Shown piece by piece: positions 19,347 through 28,266 of a stretch of DNA of 64,000 nt. Numbering within the stretch: position 1 is the stretch's first letter; each line of letters opens with the position of its first letter. The notes beneath the pieces are model-generated. The model was given only the letters and a program-made list of their open reading frames with translations, was not told where the DNA came from and did not search any database. The stretch is from Bacteroidales bacterium (lineage in GTDB: Bacteria > Bacteroidota > Bacteroidia > Bacteroidales > FEN-979). Position numbers and translations under genes: made by a program. The stretch covers positions 28,917 through 92,916 of the forward strand of contig JADGPR010000002.1 of assembly GCA_017882335.1 (NCBI GenBank). Direction: 5' to 3'.

Positions 19347-19508
19347 GTTCTCGCAGATTTGCGCAGATAAAAACGCTGATTCACGCAGAATGCATTATTA
19401 TTTGTTAGATCAGATGGTGCTAATTAAATTTAGATCCTGAACTGTTCTGCGAAAACCTGCCTACCGGCAGGCAGGTTTGCGATAAATCTGCGTTAATCTG
19501 CGAGAAAT
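19347..19508. repeat. ORF-less MITE-like element with imperfect terminal inverted repeats (CGCAGA word family)
   Basis: The left end GTTCTCGCAGATTTGCGCAGAT... and the right end ...AATCTGCGTTAATCTGCGAGAA are reverse complements (AATCTGCGAGAA is perfect). There is an internal GC hairpin CCTGCCTACCGGCAGGCAGG. It is a homolog of 57607-57743. Confidence 0.65.
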
Positions 19509-19578
19509 AAATAGCAATCGTAGTCAGTTGACTACAAAGTGTTTTATAGTAGGTATTAAGAAGATGTGATTGCCAAGG

Positions 19579-20436
19579 TTATTGGGTGATCACTTTCTTT
19601 TTTATAACCTGGATGATTTCTTTTGTGTCTGGTTTGGAGACGAAGGCAAGTATAGAGCAATTTTCCGGAACCCATGTAGGATTTATAGGAATGCTAAATC
19701 TCCCCAGGTAGGTAAGTGAAGGATCAACAGAGGCGGTGAGGATTTCGCCATACGTCCCATTAACAGATCCCCTGAGCACATTTTTAAAAACATAATTGTG
19801 GATAATTGTGCTCGCGCTGTCCTGTGCCGATATTATGTTGTCTTCCATCACGCAAACTGTGATGTTATAAGATCCAGTTATGGATCGTAAGAATTGTGAA
19901 TAGATGACCGAATTCACCGTCCTGGAAACAGAATCATAGGTATTGTGAATTAACATATTCAGGTCGGGCGATTGATCAATGATACCTGCGATATCTGAAA
20001 TCCATTCTTCTGACCCCAAGATCCGGTGGCCGTTAAATTCCTTCCGGTCGATCATTCCAGAGGGATAGGCGCTGATCAGAAAATCGGTATTCCATTCCTC
20101 CCCTGCTGTCGTCCTGAAATCTGCAGCAAATTCGCCGCTTCCCGGTATTGCATAGTAGCCTGCATGAACAGCCAATACGATTAGTTTGCCATGATAATTT
20201 TCCTCCTGACTATGTGCAATGGTAGCAGCTGCCGGGCAGTTTGGGCATTTGTGCCCGGTATAATCTTCCAGGAGAACCCTTTTTATGGGATGTACCGTAT
20301 CCTGCCAATCAATAACTGTATCAGTAATATTACCATGCCTGGCCAGGGCATAAGGTGCCTTGACCTTGTCGCAGGAAGAGAAAAGAAGAACAACCAACGG
20401 AACTGTTATCAAAAGTGGTTTGAATTTCATAATCAA
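19579..20436 (-). CDS. thioredoxin-fold lipoprotein with CPNC motif (Omp28-related-like)
   Basis: Lipobox LLFSSC and LLEDYTGHKCPNCP (CxxC in a thioredoxin-like context). The family name is from memory and was not searched. Confidence 0.55.
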   Translation of the reverse strand: MIMKFKPLLITVPLVVLLFSSCDKVKAPYALARHGNITDTVIDWQDTVHPIKRVLLEDYTGHKCPNCPAAATIAHSQEENYHGKLIVLAVHAGYYAIPGSGEFAADFRTTAGEEWNTDFLISAYPSGMIDRKEFNGHRILGSEEWISDIAGIIDQSPDLNMLIHNTYDSVSRTVNSVIYSQFLRSITGSYNITVCVMEDNIISAQDSASTIIHNYVFKNVLRGSVNGTYGEILTASVDPSLTYLGRFSIPINPTWVPENCSILAFVSKPDTKEIIQVIKKKVITQ

Positions 20437-20503
20437 TTGTTATTAAACTTAAAATGATCCTTCTTCCCTAAAACCGAAAACCTAATACCCAATACCTAAT
20501 TAA

Positions 20504-22228
20504 CTAAAAGCTGCTGTTAACCGTCAATGTGAGTCCGCTCGCAGCCGGAACATACCTGCAAACTCCGCCAACACATAGAATTCCTTCCCGCTGGCGCCCA
20601 TAAGACAAAGAAATTCTTGACGTATTATAAGTGTACCCGGCACTGACCAGATAGTAGTGTAGTTGTTGTTGTTTATCCGGGTTACCGTAATTCCATTGAT
20701 CTTGCACAGAGAAGAACCATTTCGGGGCGATCGTAAATTCGAACAGGCAGGCAGACCAGTTACCTTTATCTTGTTTCGTCCACAAACCCTGGAATTCAGC
20801 CCTGAGGGAATAGATATGAGTGAGATTGCACGTAATATCGGCAATGCCGATGTTTGCATGAACCAGTCCGTAATCCGTGGCGTGACCTTCCACAACTTCT
20901 TTGTTATACACCTGGTTGAGGTAAGTGAAGATCCCTTTCCATCTTTTACTGAACTTCTTGTCGATCTCAATGTTCAGATCCTGGTAATAAACTTCCTTGC
21001 CCGGAGAAAAGAAATTTGTCTTATACCCGGTCGTACCTGCCCTGTTCAGCGCCATATCATTGATAGAACTTACGAAAATAGAATCCTTTGAAAGAGAATT
21101 AACCTTGGAAAAATTAACGGCAAAGGTCAACCCCGATTTTCCCCCGAGCTTGGTGTTGCGTTTAAATGTGTAGGTCAGGGTTCCCGAATAGCCGAATTCA
21201 CCTGTAGGTTGTGTAGCATAGGGGTACATTGCCGACAACGCATAGGCATGCTGTTTGGTAATGGCGGGAAGGTAATTGATGTTTAGTTGGTTATTGGTAA
21301 CGAGTCGATTTGACTTGTAGCTCATATTGTCGATGATCTTGGCGGATGCAAGGATACCGAGTCCTTTCTGAGAATAGGAAAGCGTGGTGAAGAGGCCGTT
21401 GCCATTCTTATAAATATATTTATTCATGGAAGAGGGGTCATTGATCTTATGGGCATATTCCGTATAGAAATTGACCCCACCGACATTCAGGTTCAGCCTG
21501 CCACTATAAGTAGCAACGTTTTCCGGTAATTTTAATGTATAGATCAGGGTATCGATCAGGAGATCGGTTGTTTTTCCACGCTGGTAATCGCTGACAAAGC
21601 TTCCTCCAAACGAAACCTTGGTTTTGGCATTTTTCAACCCCGGAAACAGATCATTCAGGTAGAAATCAATATCCCCGCCTTTTACAATTCCCCGGTTATT
21701 GTCGGAGTAAACTTCCCAGAAATTCCGTTGAATGCCCCATACTCCTTTCAGCGTGATCCCTTCCACAGGTGTAAACTTCACCCGTAAACCCCTTAAGGAA
21801 TTATCATAGCCCAGGGTCCATTCCTGCCAGGTCCGCAAAGCCATTCCATTCCCGAATTGTTCATAGAAATTTCCCGCTGTTATTTCCAGCTTATCGTTCT
21901 TATAATTCAGGAACCAGTAAGGAACTCCATAGCCTTCATAATGGGTATCAAAACCAACCAGGGGAGGAAGGTATGCCTCAAAACGCATTCCGGCCGAGAA
22001 ATTCTTAAACGAATAATTGATCTCCGTAAAACCATTCATACGTGCAAGGCGGCCATCCAGGGAAGAATCGGTAATTCCCATTTTCGAATCCTTCAGATAA
22101 TACTGGGCATCGGCCTGGAAACTTCCGCTCACCTGGCTTCCTATGATAAGGTCCTGGGCATTTGCTAAAAAAGGAACAATCCAAAACAGTAGAATGAGAC
22201 TTGGAAAAAGTGTGTTTATTTTTTTCAA
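20504..22228 (-). CDS. outer-membrane beta-barrel protein of unknown function (possibly DUF6029-like)
   Basis: Signal peptide (FLANAQ), alternating amphipathic strands throughout, and an aromatic C-terminus ...TVNSSF. Confidence 0.55.
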   Translation of the reverse strand: MKKINTLFPSLILLFWIVPFLANAQDLIIGSQVSGSFQADAQYYLKDSKMGITDSSLDGRLARMNGFTEINYSFKNFSAGMRFEAYLPPLVGFDTHYEGYGVPYWFLNYKNDKLEITAGNFYEQFGNGMALRTWQEWTLGYDNSLRGLRVKFTPVEGITLKGVWGIQRNFWEVYSDNNRGIVKGGDIDFYLNDLFPGLKNAKTKVSFGGSFVSDYQRGKTTDLLIDTLIYTLKLPENVATYSGRLNLNVGGVNFYTEYAHKINDPSSMNKYIYKNGNGLFTTLSYSQKGLGILASAKIIDNMSYKSNRLVTNNQLNINYLPAITKQHAYALSAMYPYATQPTGEFGYSGTLTYTFKRNTKLGGKSGLTFAVNFSKVNSLSKDSIFVSSINDMALNRAGTTGYKTNFFSPGKEVYYQDLNIEIDKKFSKRWKGIFTYLNQVYNKEVVEGHATDYGLVHANIGIADITCNLTHIYSLRAEFQGLWTKQDKGNWSACLFEFTIAPKWFFSVQDQWNYGNPDKQQQLHYYLVSAGYTYNTSRISLSYGRQREGILCVGGVCRYVPAASGLTLTVNSSF

Positions 22229-22274
22229 GGCCTGAAAATTATGAGTTTATAACTGGGTTTATGAATCGTTGAGA

Positions 22275-22799
22275 TTATTTGATCTCTTCCCCATTCTTGA
22301 CCTTTTTTATGATGTTGATCAGGTCACGTTCGGAACCTTCAGCAAATGATGTATGTTGCCAAATGATCTCCCGTTTTCCGTTGAGGACAAAGGTATGAGG
22401 AATTGGGCCTACATTCATTGCCCTTTTAAAATCACCGTTCTGATCCAAAAGAACAATATAATCCCAGTTCTTTCCATTGACCAGCGGGGCTACCAGGGAG
22501 GACGAGCGTGCATCGTCGATCGAAACAGCATAAAGTTTAACGCCGGTTTCCTCCTGCCAGTCGGCATAAACATCTGCAATGGTTGTGAGTTCTTTAACGC
22601 AGGGCTTACACCAGGAAGCCCAGAAGTCGATGATGATGGGTTTCCCGTCATTCTCGATCATTAAGGTATTGAAAGGATTTCCCTTTACATCTTTAATGTC
22701 GACGGAAGGAAGAGCCCGGTTTTTTGATGTGGCGTTTTCCTGAGAAAAGCCAAAAACAGTGATCATCATGAAGGCAACGAGCAAGGCCGGTTTTTTCAT
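22275..22799 (-). CDS. TlpA-family thiol:disulfide oxidoreductase (periplasmic thioredoxin)
   Basis: Signal peptide, IIDFWASWCKPCVKEL (WCxxC) and a TlpA/ResA-type length. Confidence 0.85.
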   Translation of the reverse strand: MKKPALLVAFMMITVFGFSQENATSKNRALPSVDIKDVKGNPFNTLMIENDGKPIIIDFWASWCKPCVKELTTIADVYADWQEETGVKLYAVSIDDARSSSLVAPLVNGKNWDYIVLLDQNGDFKRAMNVGPIPHTFVLNGKREIIWQHTSFAEGSERDLINIIKKVKNGEEIK

Positions 22800-22849
22800 A
22801 AAAAGGGGATTAAAAATGATTTAGAAAGCAAACACAAAAGTACATATTT

Positions 22850-23830
22850 TCAGGATATGAAAACTTCCAGTATCTTGCTTTCCTTCGATGGCGAAAGGAT
22901 GATATTTTCGGTTGTAGCAGGGATCAGCAGCACCTCGCCTTTTTTCAGACTTTCGAGGGATGACCCGCATTCAACCCTTATCATTCCTTCAACGCAAACA
23001 TAGATCACAAACGAATCCAGTGCAGTATAATCTTTCCGGATGGCTTTGTCGAAGGCAAGGATCTGTGTCGTAAAATGAGGGCTGTCAACCAGGGGGACGG
23101 TTTGATTCTGTACCTTCCGGTATGCGGTACGGTAAGAATCAGGCACAGTAAAATCAATGGCCTCAAGGGCGAGATCCTGGTGAAGTTCACGGGCTTTGCC
23201 TTTTTCATCCACCCGGTCCCAGTCATAGATCCGGTAAGTGGTATCGGATGTTTGCTGGATCTCTGCCAGAAGAATGCCCGGGCCGAGGGCATGAATCCGG
23301 CCGGCAGGAATGTAGAACACATCTCCCTTATGGGCCTTTTCTGTATTCAGGATCTCCGTTAGCTTGTTTTTTCCAAGGAATTCAAGGTAGGTTTTTGCAT
23401 CCGTTTTCCGGTTGAACCCGCTGATGATCTCTGCTCCGGGTTCTGCCTCCAGGATATACCACATTTCCGACTTCCCATTCCCGATCCCACGCCGGGCAGC
23501 AAGCGCATCATCAGGATGCACCTGGATGGAAAGGGAATCATTTGAGTCGATAAATTTTACCAGCAGGGGGAACTCATTCCCGTACCGGTCAAATGCAGCT
23601 TCTCCGACCAGGTCTTCCATATAAATCTCAACCAGTTCATTCAATTCATTACCCTTCAGAAAACCATTTGTAACTTTCGTTCCGGAACCTGGAACACCGG
23701 ATAAAACCCATGCCTCGCCGCAATTCGGCAGGGGGGAATAATCCATTCCCAGGATTGTCTTCATCCGGTCTCCACCCCAGATCTTATCTTTGAACCGGGG
23801 ATTGAATTTCATTGGATAGAGTTCATTCAT
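22850..23830 (-). CDS. manA: type I mannose-6-phosphate isomerase
   Basis: N-terminus LYPMKFNPRFKDKIWGG, QVHPDD metal motif and FYIPAGRIHALG. Confidence 0.8.
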   Translation of the reverse strand: MNELYPMKFNPRFKDKIWGGDRMKTILGMDYSPLPNCGEAWVLSGVPGSGTKVTNGFLKGNELNELVEIYMEDLVGEAAFDRYGNEFPLLVKFIDSNDSLSIQVHPDDALAARRGIGNGKSEMWYILEAEPGAEIISGFNRKTDAKTYLEFLGKNKLTEILNTEKAHKGDVFYIPAGRIHALGPGILLAEIQQTSDTTYRIYDWDRVDEKGKARELHQDLALEAIDFTVPDSYRTAYRKVQNQTVPLVDSPHFTTQILAFDKAIRKDYTALDSFVIYVCVEGMIRVECGSSLESLKKGEVLLIPATTENIILSPSKESKILEVFIS

Positions 23831-23923
23831 AACAAATCTGTGGAAAGGATTTGATGAATTCTGATTACATTTGATCGATGAATTTACAAAAGTACAGTTT
23901 TTAATAGTTCTTTTCCCATTCTG

Positions 23924-24517
23924 ATGATCAAAACGATTTGCGTTTTCTGTGGGTCAAGTACCGGTGAAAACCCTGTTTATGTGGAAAGGGCGGAACAGCT
24001 GGCCCGGTTTTTCCTCGAAAAAGAGATTCACCTGGTATATGGCGGGGCCAATGTTGGATTGATGCGGGTATTGGCCGATACGATGCTCAGGGGAAATGGC
24101 CATGTAACGGGAGTCATGCCTAAAAATCTTGTCCATCGTGAAGTGGCCCATCTGGATCTTACGGAGATGCACATCGTGGCAGATATGCAGGAGCGAAAAG
24201 CACTGATGGCAAAACTCTCCGATGGGTTTATGACATTGCCGGGCGCCTATGGCACATTTGATGAACTCTTTGAAATGCTTACCTGGAACCAGCTGCACAT
24301 CGTGGAAAAGCCGGTTGGATTGCTCAATATTAAAGGATTCTTCGATCCCCTGATGAAAATGTTGGATAAAGCCGTTGAGGAAAAATTTCTTCGCCCGGAG
24401 CACAGGGGCATACTAATGGCAGAAGAGGAGGAAGCTATTTTATTAAAACGGATGAACGAATACAAACCTGTACCGGCAGAAAAATGGATTGAACGGCTAA
24501 AAGAAGGAAAAATATAA
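23924..24517 (+). CDS. LOG family protein (cytokinin riboside 5'-monophosphate phosphoribohydrolase-like)
   Basis: ICVFCGSS..., VYGGANVGLM and PGAYGTFDELFE (PGGxGTxxE-type) motifs. Confidence 0.85.
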   Translation: MIKTICVFCGSSTGENPVYVERAEQLARFFLEKEIHLVYGGANVGLMRVLADTMLRGNGHVTGVMPKNLVHREVAHLDLTEMHIVADMQERKALMAKLSDGFMTLPGAYGTFDELFEMLTWNQLHIVEKPVGLLNIKGFFDPLMKMLDKAVEEKFLRPEHRGILMAEEEEAILLKRMNEYKPVPAEKWIERLKEGKI

Positions 24518-24563
24518 TACCAATAAACCCCGCAGGGGTGACATTATTCTAGGAAGGAAAAAT

Positions 24564-25124
24564 ATGATTATCATCGGCATAACAGGCACCCTGGGTGCAG
24601 GCAAAGGCACCATCGTCGAATACCTTGTTGGTGAAAAAGGGTTTGTTCATTATTCTGTGCGGGCTTTTCTTCTGGAAAAGATCAGGAAACAAGGTCTGCC
24701 GGAGAACCGTGACAGCATGTTTCGCCTGGCCAATGAACTGCGCACCCGCTTTGGTCCTTCTTACGTCATAGATCAACTTTACAAGCAGGCCCTGGTGTCG
24801 GGAAAAAACTGTGTGATCGAAAGTATACGCACTCCAGGAGAGATCGATTCTTTAAAGGCAAAAGGCCATTTTTTTCTGCTGGCAGTTGACGCCGACCCGG
24901 AGTTCCGTTACCAGCGGATTCTCCTTCGCCAATCAGAAACTGACCGGGTTACCCGGAAGACCTTCCTGGAAAATGAGGAAAGAGAGATGAACACCACCGA
25001 CCCGAACAAACAAAACCTGAAGAGGTGCATCGAAATGGCCGATTTCCTCCTCCTGAATACCGGCACAAAAAAAGACCTGATCCAACAAGTTGAAAAAGTG
25101 TTGGACCAGGTCTGCCGGAATTGA
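24564..25124 (+). CDS. P-loop nucleotide/nucleoside-monophosphate kinase-like protein
   Basis: Walker A GITGTLGAGKGT at the N-terminus and a size of ~186 aa. Substrate unknown. Confidence 0.6.
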   Translation: MIIIGITGTLGAGKGTIVEYLVGEKGFVHYSVRAFLLEKIRKQGLPENRDSMFRLANELRTRFGPSYVIDQLYKQALVSGKNCVIESIRTPGEIDSLKAKGHFFLLAVDADPEFRYQRILLRQSETDRVTRKTFLENEEREMNTTDPNKQNLKRCIEMADFLLLNTGTKKDLIQQVEKVLDQVCRN

Positions 25125-25256
25125 CCCGGGAATTATTTCATATTCGTCCCAAGTACTCGGGACGGGGAACTGACCCCTAAAATAGATTAGAAAATATTTT
25201 CAAACTCAAAGCATTTGTCGGAAAAATCAGCGGTTTTCCTTACTTTTACAACCGGA

Positions 25257-25769
25257 ATGATCCTGAATAAAAAGCCTATGGACGAAGGTAATTACATCCG
25301 TCCCACTTGGGACGAATATTTTATGGAGATCGCACATACGGTTTCCCAGCGCGCCACCTGCGACCGCGGCCGCAGCGGATGTGTGATCGCACGTGAAAAA
25401 CAGATCCTTGTCACCGGATATGTCGGCTCTCCCCGGGGGTTGCCCCACTGCGACGAGGTTGGCCACCTGATGAAGTCGGTGCAGCACGAGGATGGCCGCG
25501 TTTCGCAGCATTGCATGCGTACGGTACACGCTGAACAGAATGCCATCTGCCAGGCTGCCAGGCTCGGGATCCCTCTTGAAAAGGCAACGCTTTACTGCCG
25601 CATGACGCCATGCCGCACCTGTGCCATGCTCATCATCAATTGCGGGATCGTAAGAGTGGTCTGTGAACGAAAATACCATGATGGAGCCGAATCGGAGGAA
25701 ATGTTCCGCCAGGCAGGGATTTCGCTGGAGTTTATTCATGATGAGATCCAGGAGTATGAGAAGCAGTAA
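25257..25769 (+). CDS. dCMP deaminase (ComEB/deoxycytidylate deaminase family)
   Basis: TWDEYFMEIA, the HAEQNA zinc motif and PCRTCA. The start is uncertain: ATG 25257 or 25278, and the track start 25215 is a TTG. Confidence 0.85.
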   Translation: MILNKKPMDEGNYIRPTWDEYFMEIAHTVSQRATCDRGRSGCVIAREKQILVTGYVGSPRGLPHCDEVGHLMKSVQHEDGRVSQHCMRTVHAEQNAICQAARLGIPLEKATLYCRMTPCRTCAMLIINCGIVRVVCERKYHDGAESEEMFRQAGISLEFIHDEIQEYEKQ

Positions 25770-25780
25770 ATATCCCATCG

Positions 25781-26242
25781 TCATTTAACCTGTTTATATT
25801 CTCCCTGGTTTATCTCGGTGTGGCGGATCGATCCCCCGGTAGAACCTGTTTTTACAGCAAAGAAGCTCAGAAGAATGGCAGCAATGAGCAGAACTAAATT
25901 AAACCGTCCCAATAAATTCACCTTCGTTTTTGTCATGTACAGACCAACCATCGACAAGGCAGTAGTAACCATCAGTCCGATAAAGAATAAGAGCGCAAAA
26001 CTTTCATGAGGTTCTATGATATCTTCCGTAATACCCGGGTAGGTTTTTATTATTTCTTCCGCACCATCTCCGGTCAGGTAGGCAAGAAGAGCAAATATCC
26101 CCAATATCAGATAGCACCACAGGGAAAGTTTTTGAAGTTCCACACTTTTTTTGATTATTGCAAGAAGGTTTACAAAGATCGCAAAACCCAAACCAACGAT
26201 TGGCAAATGGGTAAAGACAAGATGTAATTGAGCAGAATTCAT
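25781..26242 (-). CDS. small 4-TM membrane protein, function unknown
   Basis: 153-aa ORF with four hydrophobic helices. Confidence 0.5.
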   Translation of the reverse strand: MNSAQLHLVFTHLPIVGLGFAIFVNLLAIIKKSVELQKLSLWCYLILGIFALLAYLTGDGAEEIIKTYPGITEDIIEPHESFALLFFIGLMVTTALSMVGLYMTKTKVNLLGRFNLVLLIAAILLSFFAVKTGSTGGSIRHTEINQGEYKQVK

Positions 26243-26307
26243 AGTTTAATTTTTTTTGAATGCACATTTATAATTAAACTTGGGTCATGACTAGTTTAGA
26301 GGGTTGA

Positions 26308-27375
26308 TCAATAGATTTCCACGCTGATTTTACCATCCGGGCTTATACTGCCCCTGAACATCATTGCAGTATTAAATGGCATGGCTATATTGCCGTTTCT
26401 GTCAACGGCGATCAGGCCACCCTCTGCTCCCTGGGATTTCAGTTTCTTATTGATGACCTCCCCGGCAGCTTCCTGTAAACTTTGGCCTTTGTATTCCATC
26501 CGGGCAGAGACATCATAGGCAACAACATTCCGGATAAAATATTCTCCATGACCCGTGCAGGAAACTGCACAGGTATTGTTGTTGGCATAGGTCCCCGCTC
26601 CAATGACGGGGGAATCCCCGATACGGCCTTTCATTTTATTGGTCATTCCGCCCGTAGAGGTTCCGGCAGCCAGGTCGCCATGGCTGTCGAGGGCCACTGC
26701 GCCAACCGTTCCATGACCTTTCGCAGAATCGGGTTTATGATTCAGTTCAAGTTGATGTACTTTCTGAAACTCATCCCACCTTTGTTTCGTATAGAAATAG
26801 GAAGGATCTACGATTTCCAGTCCCTGGTCTTTTGCAAATTTCTCTGCGCCCCCGTCGATCAGCATCACATGCTTTGATTTCTCCATCACTGCCCGGGCGG
26901 CAGAGATCGGGTTTTTGATGGTTGTTACCCCCGCCACGGCGCCGGCTTTCAATGTTTTGCCATCCATGATCGAAGCATCCATCTCATTTTTACCTTCTTC
27001 GGTAAATACCGCTCCCTTTCCTGCATTGAACAAGGGAGAATCTTCCATCATCCGGATGCAAGTTTCCACGGCATCCATGCTGGTTCCTCCCCCGGAAAGA
27101 ACAGCTGCACCCGCTTTCAATACCTCTGTCATCTTCGTGGTATATTGCAGCTGCACTTCTTCGGCCATTTTCTGGCCCACTGTTCCGCCGGCACCGCCAT
27201 GAATTACAAGAACCCATGTCTGGCTACTGCCTGCCTGCCGGACAGGCAGGGATGCTGGATTCTGGATGCTGGATACATTCTGAGAGAAGAGATTTTGGCC
27301 ATACAATATGAAGAGAAAACTGAGGATGAGGGACAGAACCCTTTTTTTATTGGTATCCATTTTATATTTTTTCAT
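26308..27375 (-). CDS. isoaspartyl peptidase / L-asparaginase (Ntn hydrolase, asparaginase 2 family)
   Basis: VIHGGAGG and the autoprocessing site GTVGAVALD...STGGMTNKMKGRIGDSPVIGAGTYA. Has a signal peptide. Confidence 0.9.
   Translation of the reverse strand: MKKYKMDTNKKRVLSLILSFLFILYGQNLFSQNVSSIQNPASLPVRQAGSSQTWVLVIHGGAGGTVGQKMAEEVQLQYTTKMTEVLKAGAAVLSGGGTSMDAVETCIRMMEDSPLFNAGKGAVFTEEGKNEMDASIMDGKTLKAGAVAGVTTIKNPISAARAVMEKSKHVMLIDGGAEKFAKDQGLEIVDPSYFYTKQRWDEFQKVHQLELNHKPDSAKGHGTVGAVALDSHGDLAAGTSTGGMTNKMKGRIGDSPVIGAGTYANNNTCAVSCTGHGEYFIRNVVAYDVSARMEYKGQSLQEAAGEVINKKLKSQGAEGGLIAVDRNGNIAMPFNTAMMFRGSISPDGKISVEIY
27228..27275. repeat. intergenic-type repeat words embedded in-frame in a coding region
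   Basis: The hairpin CTGCCTGCCTGCCGGACAGGCAGG is followed by GATGCTGGATTCTGGATGCTGGATA. On the minus strand it encodes ...SSIQNPASLPVRQAGSS... between the signal peptide and the mature domain. Confidence 0.75.
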
Positions 27376-27387
27376 ATTAATTCAGTT

Positions 27388-28197
27388 TTAAATGATTTTC
27401 TTAAAAAACTCCGTAAAGTTAACAAGGCCACTGACCTGCAGAATGGTAAGGATGACCGAAACGATGATTACTGCACGGATGAATCCTGCTCCTTTTTTCA
27501 CTGCAAGATAAGACGCAATTAAAGCGCCGATCACACTTCCGATGGAGAGGATCAACCCATAAAGATAATTTACCTGCCCGTTGATAATGAATACAAGGAG
27601 GGCAAAGATCGCATAAAAGAATACAATGAGGTTCTTGACAGCATTGGCCTTAACGAGGTCGTATCCCACTCCGAGAACTAATGCCATCAGTAAAAAATAT
27701 CCTACTCCGACCTGGATAAATCCGCCATAAAATCCAATGATAAAAAAGATAACCACCTGCCACCATGTGATGTGATACTTCAATAACTGTGCATTTTCTT
27801 TCAGCCATTTATCCGGTTTATAAAACAGGAAGAATACCATCATAACCATGGCAATGCACATGGCCACCTCAATCACCTTTACATTCACATCGATGGCCAT
27901 GTAAGCGCCAAGAATCGCACCTGCTGTAGCCGGAATACCAAGCCAGACCGGCTTGAGCGAGTCAAACATTTTTTGCCGGGTAAAACTGCCTACCGACGAA
28001 AAGGTCTGGAAAAAGATGCTGATGCGGTTGGTTCCATTTGCAATATTTGCCGGTAATCCCAGCAGTATAAGGAGGGAAAGGCTGATCACCGATCCTCCTC
28101 CCGAAAGCGTATTGATGAAACCTACAAAAATTCCAGCAACAATTAAAACAACAATCGTAATTCCCGACATAATCCTGTTTAATATTTCATTCTGCAC
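27388..28197 (-). CDS. TauE/SafE family sulfite/anion exporter
   Basis: 8 TM helices and an N-terminal GFINTLSGGGSVISL...ANGTNR motif. Confidence 0.8.
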   Translation of the reverse strand: MQNEILNRIMSGITIVVLIVAGIFVGFINTLSGGGSVISLSLLILLGLPANIANGTNRISIFFQTFSSVGSFTRQKMFDSLKPVWLGIPATAGAILGAYMAIDVNVKVIEVAMCIAMVMMVFFLFYKPDKWLKENAQLLKYHITWWQVVIFFIIGFYGGFIQVGVGYFLLMALVLGVGYDLVKANAVKNLIVFFYAIFALLVFIINGQVNYLYGLILSIGSVIGALIASYLAVKKGAGFIRAVIIVSVILTILQVSGLVNFTEFFKKII

Positions 28198-28266
28198 TCC
28201 TGCATTTCCAATTGGTTTTGGGCACGCGTTACAAACGCGCGCCAGCTAAGGGAACCCGAACTCACA

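Noticed and set aside
19293-19370. The 25-codon mini-ORF (MFTPEDFFRNIKQDNFKKVLADLRR) spanning the 36-nt module as a real small protein.
   Set aside because: The second identical copy (36807-36842) lacks the ATG and continues differently. Conservation is therefore at the nucleotide level, not as a coding unit. It is kept only as a note under the module finding.
25227-25784. A 185-aa ORF fully antisense to the dCMP deaminase gene.
   Set aside because: The sense ORF has unambiguous deaminase motifs. The antisense translation is low-complexity (Ala/Gly/Arg-rich) with no motif, which is typical of a shadow ORF.
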